The notes beneath the pieces were generated by a model that made no database searches, was not told the origin of the DNA, and saw only the letters and a list, made by a program, of their open reading frames with translations. Made by a program: the position numbers and the translations under genes. A DNA stretch of 64,000 nt. Source: a virus. Where the stretch lies: the IMG/VR virus record IMGVR_UViG_3300045988_162176, positions 1-64,000 of that record; one strand, written 5' to 3'. Shown here in pieces: positions 43,595 through 52,525 of this stretch (positions are counted from its first letter, which is position 1; each line of letters opens with the position of its first letter).

Positions 43595-43870
43595 TTATTC
43601 CAATCTTGCCCAACGGAATCTTTTTGGTTCAAATGGAAAAGATGCATGTTCACTTTGTTTGCAAAAGAAATTACCAGAAATTAAAACAAGGTCAGAAAAT
43701 TCAAGTTTTTTGTGATAATAATCATAACGATGCTGTCCAGTAACAGTGCTAAATTTTTCGTAAACACATTTATAAATAACACTTCGTTTTGAACTGTTAG
43801 GAGTTGACCAACAAAGAAGAATAGTTTCTCCCACAAAAGGTTTTTTCTTTTCAAAATCAAACCATTCCAT
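43595..43870 (-). CDS. DUF551-like small protein, array copy 3 (91 aa)
   Basis: MEWFDFEKKKPFVGET...RWARLE; 3-nt gap to its neighbours. Confidence 0.7.
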   Translation of the reverse strand: MEWFDFEKKKPFVGETILLCWSTPNSSKRSVIYKCVYEKFSTVTGQHRYDYYHKKLEFSDLVLISGNFFCKQSEHASFPFEPKRFRWARLE

Positions 43871-43873
43871 AAC

Positions 43874-44155
43874 TTAATCCAATCTTGTCCAATGAACGAA
43901 TTTTGAATAAAACTGTCTCTTTTCTAAATGGTCATGAAGTTTTTCTCCATCAATTATTTTTAGATTTACAACATATACCATACTCATATCAATTCCAGCA
44001 TAAACACTTTTTTCGATATTTTTATAATTACACTCGTAAATAGTATAATGTTTAGTGGGAATACGCCCGATGATATCGTTAGTACACCATTCATAAATGA
44101 TTAAAATTCGCTCCCCGTTTTTAGGGCGGTGTTCAAAAAAATTTTTCCAATTCAT
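43874..44155 (-). CDS. DUF551-like small protein, array copy 4 (93 aa)
   Basis: Start moved to MNWKNFFEHRPKNGER; ends ...HWTRLD. Confidence 0.65.
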   Translation of the reverse strand: MNWKNFFEHRPKNGERILIIYEWCTNDIIGRIPTKHYTIYECNYKNIEKSVYAGIDMSMVYVVNLKIIDGEKLHDHLEKRQFYSKFVHWTRLD

Positions 44156-44166
44156 AATGAGCCCTC

Positions 44167-44406
44167 TTAATCCAATCTTCCCCAATGTAAATTTTCAGAT
44201 GCAAAAAAATGAAATTGACTTATATAATTTTTTGGAAAATATTTCTCAAAATTATCCAATTCAACGTCGCAACTTCCATTATTACATATATTTATTCTCC
44301 CTAAATAAGTAGCAATAAAAATATTGGTTCCTTTCCACATATCTTTAGCTACAAAAATTTTTTCTCCAATACGAGGTTGTCTCTTTTCAAATTCAAGCCA
44401 TTTCAT
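44167..44406 (-). CDS. DUF551-like small protein, array copy 5 (79 aa)
   Basis: MKWLEFEKRQPRIGEK...HWGRLD; Gln (CAA) at the position of the TAG in copy 1. Confidence 0.7.
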   Translation of the reverse strand: MKWLEFEKRQPRIGEKIFVAKDMWKGTNIFIATYLGRINICNNGSCDVELDNFEKYFPKNYISQFHFFASENLHWGRLD

Positions 44407-44409
44407 AAT

Positions 44410-44649
44410 TCAATATAATCTCGCCCAATGAAGACTGACAGACATAAATCTATTATGTTGATTTAAATAACTTTTATTATTATATCTTTTAAAATTATTT
44501 AATCTAATAACAGATACGCCAAAAATATCTATATGCTCTCTTCCTAAATAAGTGCAATAAAAAATATTATTACCATTAGAAAGTTGTTGAATTACAAGAA
44601 TCCTTTCTCCGATAATAGGTCTTTTCTTTTCAAATTCAAACCAATTCAT
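44410..44649 (-). CDS. DUF551-like small protein, array copy 6 (79 aa)
   Basis: MNWFEFEKKRPIIGER...HWARLY. Confidence 0.7.
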   Translation of the reverse strand: MNWFEFEKKRPIIGERILVIQQLSNGNNIFYCTYLGREHIDIFGVSVIRLNNFKRYNNKSYLNQHNRFMSVSLHWARLY

Positions 44650-44652
44650 AAC

Positions 44653-44910
44653 TTAGTTTAACCTCGCCCAATGTAACCCTCTTGCACCAATATATTGAGT
44701 TTTTTCAAAATTATTACACTTTTCTCCAGTAATGTGTTTTAAATTTATAAAGTTGACAGTATACTTCTTGATGTTTTTGAAATTACATTCATAAATAGTA
44801 TAACATGCTTTAGTAGAATGTAATTCAAAATTATATTCACCCCATTCGTGAATGATTAAAATTCGTTCTCCAACTTTAGGGAGGTATTCAAAAAAACTAT
44901 ACCATTCCAT
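44653..44910 (-). CDS. DUF551-like small protein, array copy 7 (85 aa)
   Basis: MEWYSFFEYLPKVGER...HWARLN. Confidence 0.7.
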   Translation of the reverse strand: MEWYSFFEYLPKVGERILIIHEWGEYNFELHSTKACYTIYECNFKNIKKYTVNFINLKHITGEKCNNFEKTQYIGARGLHWARLN

Positions 44911-44915
44911 AACTT

Positions 44916-45197
44916 TTAAATCATTCTTGCCCAGTGTAAATCTCCTGCGTCAAAATACTGGCTTTGAAAAAAATTAACAAATTTTTTCCCAGCAATTTGT
45001 TTTAAATTTGTAAGATTAACAACTGTTCTTTTAGCACTCCCATAAATATTTCTTTTAACGCTTTTGAAATTACACTCATAAATAGCCCAGCATCTTTTCG
45101 ATTGATTCAACTTAAAATCATAATCTACCCATTCACGAATGACTAAAATTCGTTCTTCAATTTTAGGTTGTTTAACACTAAAATTAAATCATTCCAT
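44916..45197 (-). pseudogene. DUF551-like array copy 8 with TGA replacing the invariant Trp codon 3
   Basis: ATG GAA TGA TTT... reads ME(stop)FNFSVKQPKIEERILVI and is in frame with track ORF 44916-45110. The other 7 copies have TGG here. Confidence 0.5.
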
Positions 45198-45199
45198 GG

Positions 45200-45850
45200 T
45201 TAAAATTCAGGACAACGCCCAGCGTCTACTGTCCAACGGAATTCATCTTTTGTTAACTGCCAATAAAACTCTCCTCTCATACTAACAAAAATATACTTCC
45301 CGTTTGTAGAATCATAACAATATTTAGCAGGGAAAGTGTTATAAGGAGAACAATTGGAAGTAGAGGGACGTTCCTTAACACAAAGAGTAATAGGAAGTCC
45401 AACAGGAGGAATCTTTTCATTAATGCTCCACCACTTAAGGTCTGCAATGTTAATGAAATTTTTAGTAATGAGGGGATAAATCTTTTCTTCTTTGGTCGAT
45501 TTACGAACAGCAACCTTATGAGACTTCTTCTCTTCTTTGGTAGATTCCTCTTTATAGTCGATAACAGTAGCAGAGTCATTTTCAACACGCTCGAAAAAAT
45601 CTGCTGGAATAATAGCTCCATTAAAAGCTGGGCCTTTAATTACATAACATTCTTTGTATTGACCCATGGAATTATTGTAAACAGGACCTTCAATTGTATG
45701 AAAACATCCCCAAAGAAAATTTTTGGAAGTTTCATCTACAGGGATACCATAAAGTGATGTTGCAGAGTCTCCATTCTTATCTTTATACTTCTGGACAGCC
45801 CAAGGAAAATATTTTTCAATATAAAGAGAATTGGAAAGAATACCAATCAT
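45200..45850 (-). CDS. hypothetical protein (216 aa) with a DUF551-like C-terminal module
   Basis: SD GAAAGGAAG; C-terminal WWSINEKIPPVGLPI...FRWT resembles the array motif. Confidence 0.7.
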   Translation of the reverse strand: MIGILSNSLYIEKYFPWAVQKYKDKNGDSATSLYGIPVDETSKNFLWGCFHTIEGPVYNNSMGQYKECYVIKGPAFNGAIIPADFFERVENDSATVIDYKEESTKEEKKSHKVAVRKSTKEEKIYPLITKNFINIADLKWWSINEKIPPVGLPITLCVKERPSTSNCSPYNTFPAKYCYDSTNGKYIFVSMRGEFYWQLTKDEFRWTVDAGRCPEF

Positions 45851-45884
45851 AATTTACTTCCTTTCATTTTTATCAAAGTTACTG

Positions 45885-46079
45885 TTAATCCTCTCTTGAA
45901 AGAGTTTTATCTTCATCTGCAAGAATGAGTGGCTTTGTATCACGCATACGGGTTCTCTTCACAGTGTATGTCTTATGGCAGTAAAAACAAGGAACTTTAT
46001 AATTCCCATTCCAACCTACCATATTAGCTCTTCCGCAATAAGGGCAATCAATAATGCCCAGTACAGGCTTATTAGCCAT
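45885..46079 (-). CDS. hypothetical zinc-ribbon protein (64 aa)
   Basis: SD AAAGGAGG; CPYCG...CFYCH. Confidence 0.7.
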   Translation of the reverse strand: MANKPVLGIIDCPYCGRANMVGWNGNYKVPCFYCHKTYTVKRTRMRDTKPLILADEDKTLSRED

Positions 46080-46103
46080 TAGATTTCCTCCTTTATAACT
46101 TCT

Positions 46104-46322
46104 TTATCGGGCGGCATCTTCAATTCTAACGATAAAGGTCTTAGATATAAAAGGCGAATCTTTATCATAAAATTTAACAACAAGACCAGTATCATTTTCA
46201 GGTTCGTAATGAAAATCAACATAGTCTCCACCAAGAACTGCATTATCTCCGAAGAGAGCTTTGACAATATCTTTTCTCAAATCTTCCTGAGTGTATGCGA
46301 CAAGATTTTCAATTCGTTTCAT
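46104..46322 (-). CDS. hypothetical protein (72 aa), paralog of 46342-46566
   Basis: Start moved to ATG 46322; the same 23-nt SD region AAAGGAGCTGTTATTTTATGAAA as the paralog. Confidence 0.7.
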   Translation of the reverse strand: MKRIENLVAYTQEDLRKDIVKALFGDNAVLGGDYVDFHYEPENDTGLVVKFYDKDSPFISKTFIVRIEDAAR

Positions 46323-46341
46323 AAAATAACAGCTCCTTTTT

Positions 46342-46566
46342 TTAGAACGCTTCCTCAACTTCATCAATCATAATACGAAAAGTCTTAGTAAGATTAGGCT
46401 GGTCTTTATCTTGCACCTTAACAAAAAGTCCAGCGCGATTATCATCATCATAATGGAAATCGATATAATCCTCGTGGAGAATGGCATATTCACCAAAGAG
46501 AGCCTTAATGATATCTTTTCTCAAATCTTCCTGATGATACCACAGAACTTTATCAACCTTTTTCAT
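46342..46566 (-). CDS. hypothetical protein (74 aa), paralog of 46104-46322
   Basis: QEDLRKDI.KALFG......DY.DFHY motif shared with the paralog. Confidence 0.7.
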   Translation of the reverse strand: MKKVDKVLWYHQEDLRKDIIKALFGEYAILHEDYIDFHYDDDNRAGLFVKVQDKDQPNLTKTFRIMIDEVEEAF

Positions 46567-46598
46567 AAAATAACAGCTCCTTTCTTTACTGTAACTAT

Positions 46599-46627
46599 AT
46601 TATAGCAAGTAAGAAAGAAGCTGTCAA
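46599..46627 (-). promoter_or_regulatory. promoter TTGACA-N17-TATAAT with TGC, embedded in a hairpin
   Basis: -35 at 46622-46627, -10 at 46599-46604. The spacer pairs with the downstream SD region (46573-46589 versus 46609-46624). Confidence 0.7.
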
Positions 46628-46641
46628 GTGTTTATTAAATT

Positions 46642-47466
46642 TTAATCAAAAATATCAATGTCACTACGAGGACAATAGGAACGAGATTCTTCAAGTGTTT
46701 TCTTAGCTCGATTGTTAGCAGCATTAATTTTTTCAACAATCAAGCCACAATTTTCAAGCTTGTTGATAATTTCCATCTGTTCCTTAATAGTACGTCTTGC
46801 AATAAGGACATCTTGAAGCTTTTTAAAGATAAGATAGCCATTACAAGCGTCAAGGTGAGAGAACTCGATGTAATGAAGAATATCAACCACCTGAGCATTA
46901 TAATCACCCAGTTGAGTTGCTAAATCTTCATTAGAAGGAAGAGAATTAATAGCAGAAGTGATATTTTCAAAAATCTTTGACATAGCTTCCAAAGGAGGAA
47001 GAATCTTATTTCTGGAATATTCACTTGCTTGATATCTCTTGTTTGAATCTTTGACAGGAAGTTCATCACCATCAATCATTGCTTTTGCGCAATTGGAATG
47101 AGAAACAACGGGCAAAACCGAATCTTTAAATTTCATTTCGATAGGATTCCCATTTGTGACAGGTGCTTCACCTAAGCTTTCTTGCAAGTTAAGAACCGCT
47201 TTAGAAACACTTGAGAGAATTAATCCTTTATTTGCCACATTAGAGACAAGTTTATCATATACCAGATTGCCAGTTTCGGCGTGATAAATGGAAAATACGC
47301 GATTTGACAAAAACTTGTCAACAAGAGAATGATTGAGAACAATGTTTGCAGCTTTGTCAACATCCTTAAACAAATGTTTCTTGTCAGGATTTGAAATATA
47401 GCTGTACTGATTACCAACAAACTGAACATAAGAGTTAGTTGTAGTTTCTTTCAGATAAAAGCTCAT
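46642..47466 (-). CDS. hypothetical protein (274 aa)
   Basis: Start moved to ATG 47466 after GAAAGGAG. Confidence 0.7.
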   Translation of the reverse strand: MSFYLKETTTNSYVQFVGNQYSYISNPDKKHLFKDVDKAANIVLNHSLVDKFLSNRVFSIYHAETGNLVYDKLVSNVANKGLILSSVSKAVLNLQESLGEAPVTNGNPIEMKFKDSVLPVVSHSNCAKAMIDGDELPVKDSNKRYQASEYSRNKILPPLEAMSKIFENITSAINSLPSNEDLATQLGDYNAQVVDILHYIEFSHLDACNGYLIFKKLQDVLIARRTIKEQMEIINKLENCGLIVEKINAANNRAKKTLEESRSYCPRSDIDIFD

Positions 47467-47500
47467 ATCAGCTTTATCTCCTTTCAATCTTGATATGGTA

Positions 47501-47529
47501 ATTATATCAAAATAAAAGGATTATTTCAA
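47501..47529 (-). promoter_or_regulatory. promoter TTGAAA-N17-TATAAT with TGA
   Basis: -35 at 47524-47529, -10 at 47501-47506 on the minus strand. Confidence 0.6.
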
Positions 47530-47536
47530 GGGTTTA

Positions 47537-47914
47537 TTAACAAATTTTTTCGGGATTAATAATAGAATAATTAATTCCAACCACAAGAAATTCATCACGA
47601 TGAGATAAGTAAAACAAATGAATTACTCTTTCTCCGAGATAAATTTCTTCGTCTGCATCAAGTAACATATATCTCTCATGTTCAGGGCTAATTTCATAAA
47701 TATCTGTTCTAATTTCTGTAATGGTTTTAAGTTCATTTTCAGACAACGGATTATCCCCTTTATTATCCATAACAGAAATTTCATTTAAAGGAACAAAGTT
47801 TCCAAGCAAAGGAGAATTATTAGAAGTTAAACAAATACCAATTTTAGTGTCGTTATGCCAAACAGTACTTGTCCCTCTAAGACCAATAGGCATAGAAAAA
47901 ATATTATTAGTCAT
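47537..47914 (-). CDS. hypothetical protein (125 aa)
   Basis: SD GGAAGGAAA upstream of ATG. Confidence 0.65.
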   Translation of the reverse strand: MTNNIFSMPIGLRGTSTVWHNDTKIGICLTSNNSPLLGNFVPLNEISVMDNKGDNPLSENELKTITEIRTDIYEISPEHERYMLLDADEEIYLGERVIHLFYLSHRDEFLVVGINYSIINPEKIC

Positions 47915-48176
47915 CTAAAATTTTCCTTCCGCAATAAGGACAAAAATTCATATCTAAATGTAATTGTTCTCCACATTCAGAACAAACTTCAAAGATTCGA
48001 GCAATATTATAGCGTCCATCTTTTTGATATGTAGTTACAAGTTTCTTCCTGCATGTTACTTTACTACCTACTCCAAAGCCAAGTGTATTCAATTGGTCTT
48101 CTACAAGGTCTCTTTCCCACGCAACTTGTTCGTAGACACCATAAGAAACGGTATCAGGATGTTCTTTATTATTCAT
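47907..48176 (-). CDS. hypothetical protein with C-terminal zinc-ribbon (89 aa)
   Basis: Start moved to ATG 48176 after GGAGGA; CSECG...CPYCG. Confidence 0.65.
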   Translation of the reverse strand: MNNKEHPDTVSYGVYEQVAWERDLVEDQLNTLGFGVGSKVTCRKKLVTTYQKDGRYNIARIFEVCSECGEQLHLDMNFCPYCGRKILDD

Positions 48177-48213
48177 TAATATAAATCCTCCGAGTAAAGT
48201 TCTGTTTTTTATG

Positions 48214-48447
48214 TTAATTACAACCATTTTTCATAAAAGCTCCACAAACAGGACAATAAGAACTGGCAATAACATGAATTCCAACGTCGTTAATAGTGGT
48301 TCGGATGATACCTCTTTTTTTACAATGAGAACACGTTGCTATAGCAAGAGTCTTATAAAAAGGCTTAACATCATAATAAAAATCTATATCAGTCCAATTT
48401 GCTTCGGGGGAAGAAACAACTTTAGATTTAATATATTTGGTTTTCAT
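48214..48447 (-). CDS. hypothetical zinc-ribbon protein (77 aa), paralog of 48791-49003
   Basis: Start at ATG 48447 after GAGGTG; ATCSHC..RG.IRT......SS.YCP.CGAFMKNG shared with the paralog. Confidence 0.7.
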   Translation of the reverse strand: MKTKYIKSKVVSSPEANWTDIDFYYDVKPFYKTLAIATCSHCKKRGIIRTTINDVGIHVIASSYCPVCGAFMKNGCN

Positions 48448-48477
48448 ATTACTTTTCACCTCATCATTTGTTAGTCA

Positions 48478-48789
48478 TTAATACAAATCCTCCGAGTAAA
48501 GTTCTGTTTCTTTACGCTGTTCTTTAAAGTAAATAAGAGAAGCAGGAAGAGAATCTTTTACAAGCTCAAAAGCCTTTTCTCTGGTATAAAAGTTTCCAGC
48601 TTCGTCAATAAAACCTTCTTCTTTGTCCCAATCAAAAGGTTTGTAATTTCCTGTTAACATATTGCTAATACGTGCAAAATTTCTATAACCATCACCATGA
48701 CGAGGACAGGGAAGAATAATATCCTTTTTAATATCATCAGGGATAAATCTAGGAGTAAATTTAATAGCAGCACAAATAATTTTTGACAT
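48478..48789 (-). CDS. hypothetical protein (103 aa)
   Basis: ORF track; weak SD AAGG. Confidence 0.6.
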   Translation of the reverse strand: MSKIICAAIKFTPRFIPDDIKKDIILPCPRHGDGYRNFARISNMLTGNYKPFDWDKEEGFIDEAGNFYTREKAFELVKDSLPASLIYFKEQRKETELYSEDLY

Positions 48790-48790
48790 A

Positions 48791-49003
48791 TTATACCTTA
48801 ATTAAGCCGTTTTTCATAAAAGCACCACAAGCGGGACAATAAGGACTACTGATTGCGTAGTCACCTTCCTTAGTAACTTTGGTTCTAATTTTTCCTCTAC
48901 GGTTACAATGAGAACAAGTTGCAACTTCTGTGTTATAATTAATGTCATACCAGTAATTTTCTTCTGGTAAGACAACTTTAGATTTAATATGTTTAATTTT
49001 CAT
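48791..49003 (-). CDS. hypothetical zinc-ribbon protein (70 aa), paralog of 48214-48447
   Basis: Start at ATG 49003 after GGAGGG. Confidence 0.7.
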   Translation of the reverse strand: MKIKHIKSKVVLPEENYWYDINYNTEVATCSHCNRRGKIRTKVTKEGDYAISSPYCPACGAFMKNGLIKV

Positions 49004-49004
49004 A

Positions 49005-49319
49005 TTAACCCTCCATTTCTTCAACAGGAAAAATTTGATTCTTCATGCCATTATCTTTAGGGATGGCGATGAATTTACCATAACTATCGGGATTGTAGAT
49101 ATTCCTATCTCCGTACCAGCAACCCATAAAAACGCCAAAGGCTTTCTGATACCTATTATAAAACACCCTTCCCATATAGGAATGATTCTTACCCTTAATT
49201 TCATATAAATTGCCAGTAATAATATTGTTACCATTGACATCAAGAAGAGAGGTTACGACGTTGCAATTTTCTCTCTTGTCGCGGGTAGGTTCTCTGCGTC
49301 CCTTTTTAATACGTTCCAT
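49005..49319 (-). CDS. hypothetical protein (104 aa)
   Basis: Start at ATG 49319 (TAATG overlap) after AAGGAG. Confidence 0.65.
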   Translation of the reverse strand: MERIKKGRREPTRDKRENCNVVTSLLDVNGNNIITGNLYEIKGKNHSYMGRVFYNRYQKAFGVFMGCWYGDRNIYNPDSYGKFIAIPKDNGMKNQIFPVEEMEG

Positions 49320-49717
49320 TAATAACGCTCCTTCCATTCATAAGTATATATAAATTTAGAAATAAGTTCTTTATGCCCTTTGTAATTAATGAATCTTTTT
49401 TCTCCGATGCCGATAAAAACAGATTTAATTTTACCGACTTTCTTTACTTGGACAGGCTTTTTAATCCAACATTCACCAGTAATAATTGCATCAATTACAT
49501 GGGTTTTACATGAATAACCTTTTAACTTTTGGTTAACAGGAGTATATACATAATATTCTGTACCAATGTCCTGCAAAGCTGAAAGGCAACCTTTAATAGT
49601 AGGAGAAAAACAAACTCTTGGAATAGAAACATCCTCATTAAAGGCTACAGCAGTTTCTGGAATTTTGGGAGTTAGAATTGTAAGATTAGGGTCACGAGAG
49701 AGATGATATAACATCAA
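49319..49717 (-). CDS. hypothetical protein (132 aa)
   Basis: SD GAAAGGAG; ATGA-type overlap with the upstream gene. Confidence 0.7.
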
Positions 49718-49983
49718 ACTCTCCTTTCAGCATCAGGTTGAGTATATACACGACGATACATTTGTTCATAAACTCCCTCAGTAAGAATGAGAGGGGAGCT
49801 AAATACACGAGTAGAATGAGAAACGGTACGTACAAAGGTCTTTATATAAATTTCCTTATCAGGCGTAACTTCGAGAACAGAACCATCAGCAAAATTGTTA
49901 CCCTGATACCAACAATCTTTATACCAAATCTCTTCCAGAACTTCCTCAAAAGTTAAATTATAAGTGTACTTTTTCTTTTCCAT
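49714..49983 (-). CDS. hypothetical protein (89 aa)
   Basis: Start moved to ATG 49983 after AAGGAG plus T6. Confidence 0.7.
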
Positions 49984-50013
49984 AAAAAACAACTCCTTAT
50001 TCTTGATATTTAA

Positions 50014-50042
50014 ATAATACCAAAAGAATAAGGAGTTGTCAA
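50014..50042 (-). promoter_or_regulatory. promoter TTGACA-N17-TATTAT with TGG, embedded in a terminator hairpin
   Basis: -35 at 50037-50042, -10 at 50014-50019. A 13-bp inverted repeat (49990-50002 / 50026-50038) brackets it. Confidence 0.7.
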
Positions 50043-50046
50043 GTAT

Positions 50047-50736
50047 TTAATCTTTTTTCTTGCCAAGAATTGCAAGCAAACGAATAAAGATATTAATAAT
50101 ATCAAGATAAAGGTCTGTTGCACAACTAATGGCATTATAAGGTGTAGCAGCATAGTTCTGAGAACAGTACCAATCATAGCCAATATAAAGAGAAAATAGT
50201 GCTACAACTGCATAATCAATTACATGACCTTCGTATCCGAGAAAGAATACTAAAACTCCCTCAATAAAAATAATACTAATTAAAGATACAAGAAGGATAT
50301 GTCCAAGAGAACAAAAATACTCTGGAAATACTGTGCTAACAATAATCATAATTACCACAATAATAGCAGTAAGAAGACATACATAACTAATACTCAACAC
50401 TGTATACTGACTTACATAAACGCTTAGAAGTGCTCCAATGGGCAAGCAAATAAGATTAAACCCAAGAAAAGCAACTATAGCGTTTTCTGTGCCACTAATA
50501 ATAATAGCCCCAAGAAAAGCCAGAGCAAAATATCCCAAAATAAAGAGAAGAGGATGAGACGATACAAAGCTAAAGACCTGTGTTTCAAGGAACATACAGA
50601 TGAAAAAATTACAAATCAATCCCCAAAGAATAGTACATCCCATGAGAGCATTAAATCCTGCATCACTCATTTGCATATCTTCTGGCATACAGTCAAAAGC
50701 AATTCTATCTTCTTTTAAATTAAAGCCGTTATTCAT
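50047..50736 (-). CDS. Bax inhibitor-1/YccA-family membrane protein (229 aa)
   Basis: Roughly 7 hydrophobic segments. C-terminal DLYLDIINIFIRLLAILGKKK matches the BI-1 family signature (by eye). Confidence 0.6.
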   Translation of the reverse strand: MNNGFNLKEDRIAFDCMPEDMQMSDAGFNALMGCTILWGLICNFFICMFLETQVFSFVSSHPLLFILGYFALAFLGAIIISGTENAIVAFLGFNLICLPIGALLSVYVSQYTVLSISYVCLLTAIIVVIMIIVSTVFPEYFCSLGHILLVSLISIIFIEGVLVFFLGYEGHVIDYAVVALFSLYIGYDWYCSQNYAATPYNAISCATDLYLDIINIFIRLLAILGKKKD

Positions 50737-51034
50737 TCTTAGTTTCCTTTTCTTTTTCTAGTTTCTTCTTCCACATTTTCAAGTAATCATCAAGGTCAAG
50801 AAAAGAAATATTATTAGTTAACCCCTCTTTAATTTTATCCATCATCATTTTTGCCAACCAATACTCATCTTCTGTAAAAACACCCAAGTTACAAGAAGAT
50901 TTATCATTAAGCTCAATAGTAAGAGAATAAACAAGGGGAGAAGTTTCCCAGCCAAAATCTCCACAGACAATAATGTGAATAGCTTTCCAGCCCATATCCA
51001 AATTGATAATTTGATTATCATAGCAAATAATCAT
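50729..51034 (-). CDS. hypothetical protein (101 aa)
   Basis: SD GAGGAGG upstream of ATG. Confidence 0.7.
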   Translation of the reverse strand: MIICYDNQIINLDMGWKAIHIIVCGDFGWETSPLVYSLTIELNDKSSCNLGVFTEDEYWLAKMMMDKIKEGLTNNISFLDLDDYLKMWKKKLEKEKETKNE

Positions 51035-51256
51035 TTAGATTACCTCCTCAAGTTTGTTTTCGGAGATATCTACAATAGAAGAATTCTTTGTAATAGCAAC
51101 ACGAATTTTAGAGAAAGCCTTTTTTGCAAGGTCTTCATTTTCATACTTTAAAAGGTAGTTTCTATTTGCTAAACCAATCGTAATATTATTTTTATTAATT
51201 CTTATAAATTCAATTTTATCAAGATTAAATAAAGTATTATTACTAACAATAAACAT
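51035..51256 (-). CDS. hypothetical protein (73 aa)
   Basis: Start moved to ATG 51256 after AAGGAG. Confidence 0.65.
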   Translation of the reverse strand: MFIVSNNTLFNLDKIEFIRINKNNITIGLANRNYLLKYENEDLAKKAFSKIRVAITKNSSIVDISENKLEEVI

Positions 51257-51304
51257 TTTAAATATTCTCCTTAGCATTTTAATCAAATAAAAGATTTCTT
51301 TTAT

Positions 51305-51952
51305 TTAAAAATCTACCATGGGAGGGTCATTGTCATATTCTGTTTTCATCTTTATAAGGGCAGCAATATCTTTTCCTTTTATATTATTATGATGCCAATG
51401 TAATTCTTTATCAAGATTTTCTTTAACTTTTGTAGAAGTCTCTGCTGCTTTCTTCATTTCTTCTTCGGACTGTTTTTTAAGAATTTCAATATCTTCCTGA
51501 GCACTTTCAAGAATAAGTTTGAGATTTTTTACCTCTCTTTCATTCGCTTCTCTGGTTTCTTTAGACTTGAGATATTTATGTCTCCATAAAGAATATTTTA
51601 GATTGCCAATAAAACCAAAATCTACATAAACATCTTTAATACAATAACTATGATTCCAATAATTTGAGGTAATAATAATATCTCCAAACTTCGGTCTGGT
51701 TGTATCAATGCGACAAGATGGGAGGCAACCTAAACTCCATTTTTTAGTATTCAAGCAATAAATATCATACCATTTATCGAAACCCATCTTGACACATTCT
51801 TCACGTTTGCGCTTTTCGTTAATGTCATCTAAATCAGCATCAAAGATTCCTTTGAAAACAAGCGGACCAATTAAAAGCCCAAAAAGAAGCCATACAAGAA
51901 CTCCACCTAAAAAGACAAGAAATAAAATCATAGCAATTTTTAATAGTATCAT
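51305..51952 (-). CDS. membrane-anchored coiled-coil protein (215 aa), paralog of 51954-52496
   Basis: N-terminal TM; shared DFGFIGN.KY and Q.DIE..KK..EE..KA motifs. Confidence 0.7.
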   Translation of the reverse strand: MILLKIAMILFLVFLGGVLVWLLFGLLIGPLVFKGIFDADLDDINEKRKREECVKMGFDKWYDIYCLNTKKWSLGCLPSCRIDTTRPKFGDIIITSNYWNHSYCIKDVYVDFGFIGNLKYSLWRHKYLKSKETREANEREVKNLKLILESAQEDIEILKKQSEEEMKKAAETSTKVKENLDKELHWHHNNIKGKDIAALIKMKTEYDNDPPMVDF

Positions 51953-51953
51953 A

Positions 51954-52496
51954 TCAATTCTCCCATCTATCAGTAGATTTTAATTCAATTTCTTTATTTA
52001 AATAAGACTCTCGAATTTTATCAATTTCTTTTTTGGCTTTGTTGGTTTCTTCTTCGGCTTTCTTTTGGATTTCTTCAATATCTCCCTGCACAGCTTCAAG
52101 AACATATCTTAAACTGTCTTGAGAGTTTTTGTTAAATTCTTCTTTCTTTCGTTTATTTTTCATGTCATATTTAAAGAAGACATATTTAATATTTCCAATA
52201 AAACCGAAATTGATATAAACATTACCCCAATTGCCTGTTTTTGTTCTAACAGTTCGGCACGGTGCGAACCATTTCAACTCCCATTCATGAGGAGCTAAAA
52301 TATAATATTTCTTCCAATCATTAAACTTTAAATGTGCCCAACTACGCCAATCTTTGCGATATTCTTTAATCCAATCAGTTATTGTATTTTTATATCCATA
52401 GTCTTCGTCTTTATAAATAATATAGGCAAGATAACAAACAAATACAACAAGTGCAATAAAAAACAACCCACTAATAAAACACAAAATTGTTAACAT
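51954..52496 (-). CDS. membrane-anchored coiled-coil protein (180 aa), paralog of 51305-51952
   Basis: SD AGAGAGGTG; N-terminal TM. Confidence 0.7.
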   Translation of the reverse strand: MLTILCFISGLFFIALVVFVCYLAYIIYKDEDYGYKNTITDWIKEYRKDWRSWAHLKFNDWKKYYILAPHEWELKWFAPCRTVRTKTGNWGNVYINFGFIGNIKYVFFKYDMKNKRKKEEFNKNSQDSLRYVLEAVQGDIEEIQKKAEEETNKAKKEIDKIRESYLNKEIELKSTDRWEN

Positions 52497-52525
52497 AAAA
52501 ACACCTCTCTTTTTTTAGTATATTC

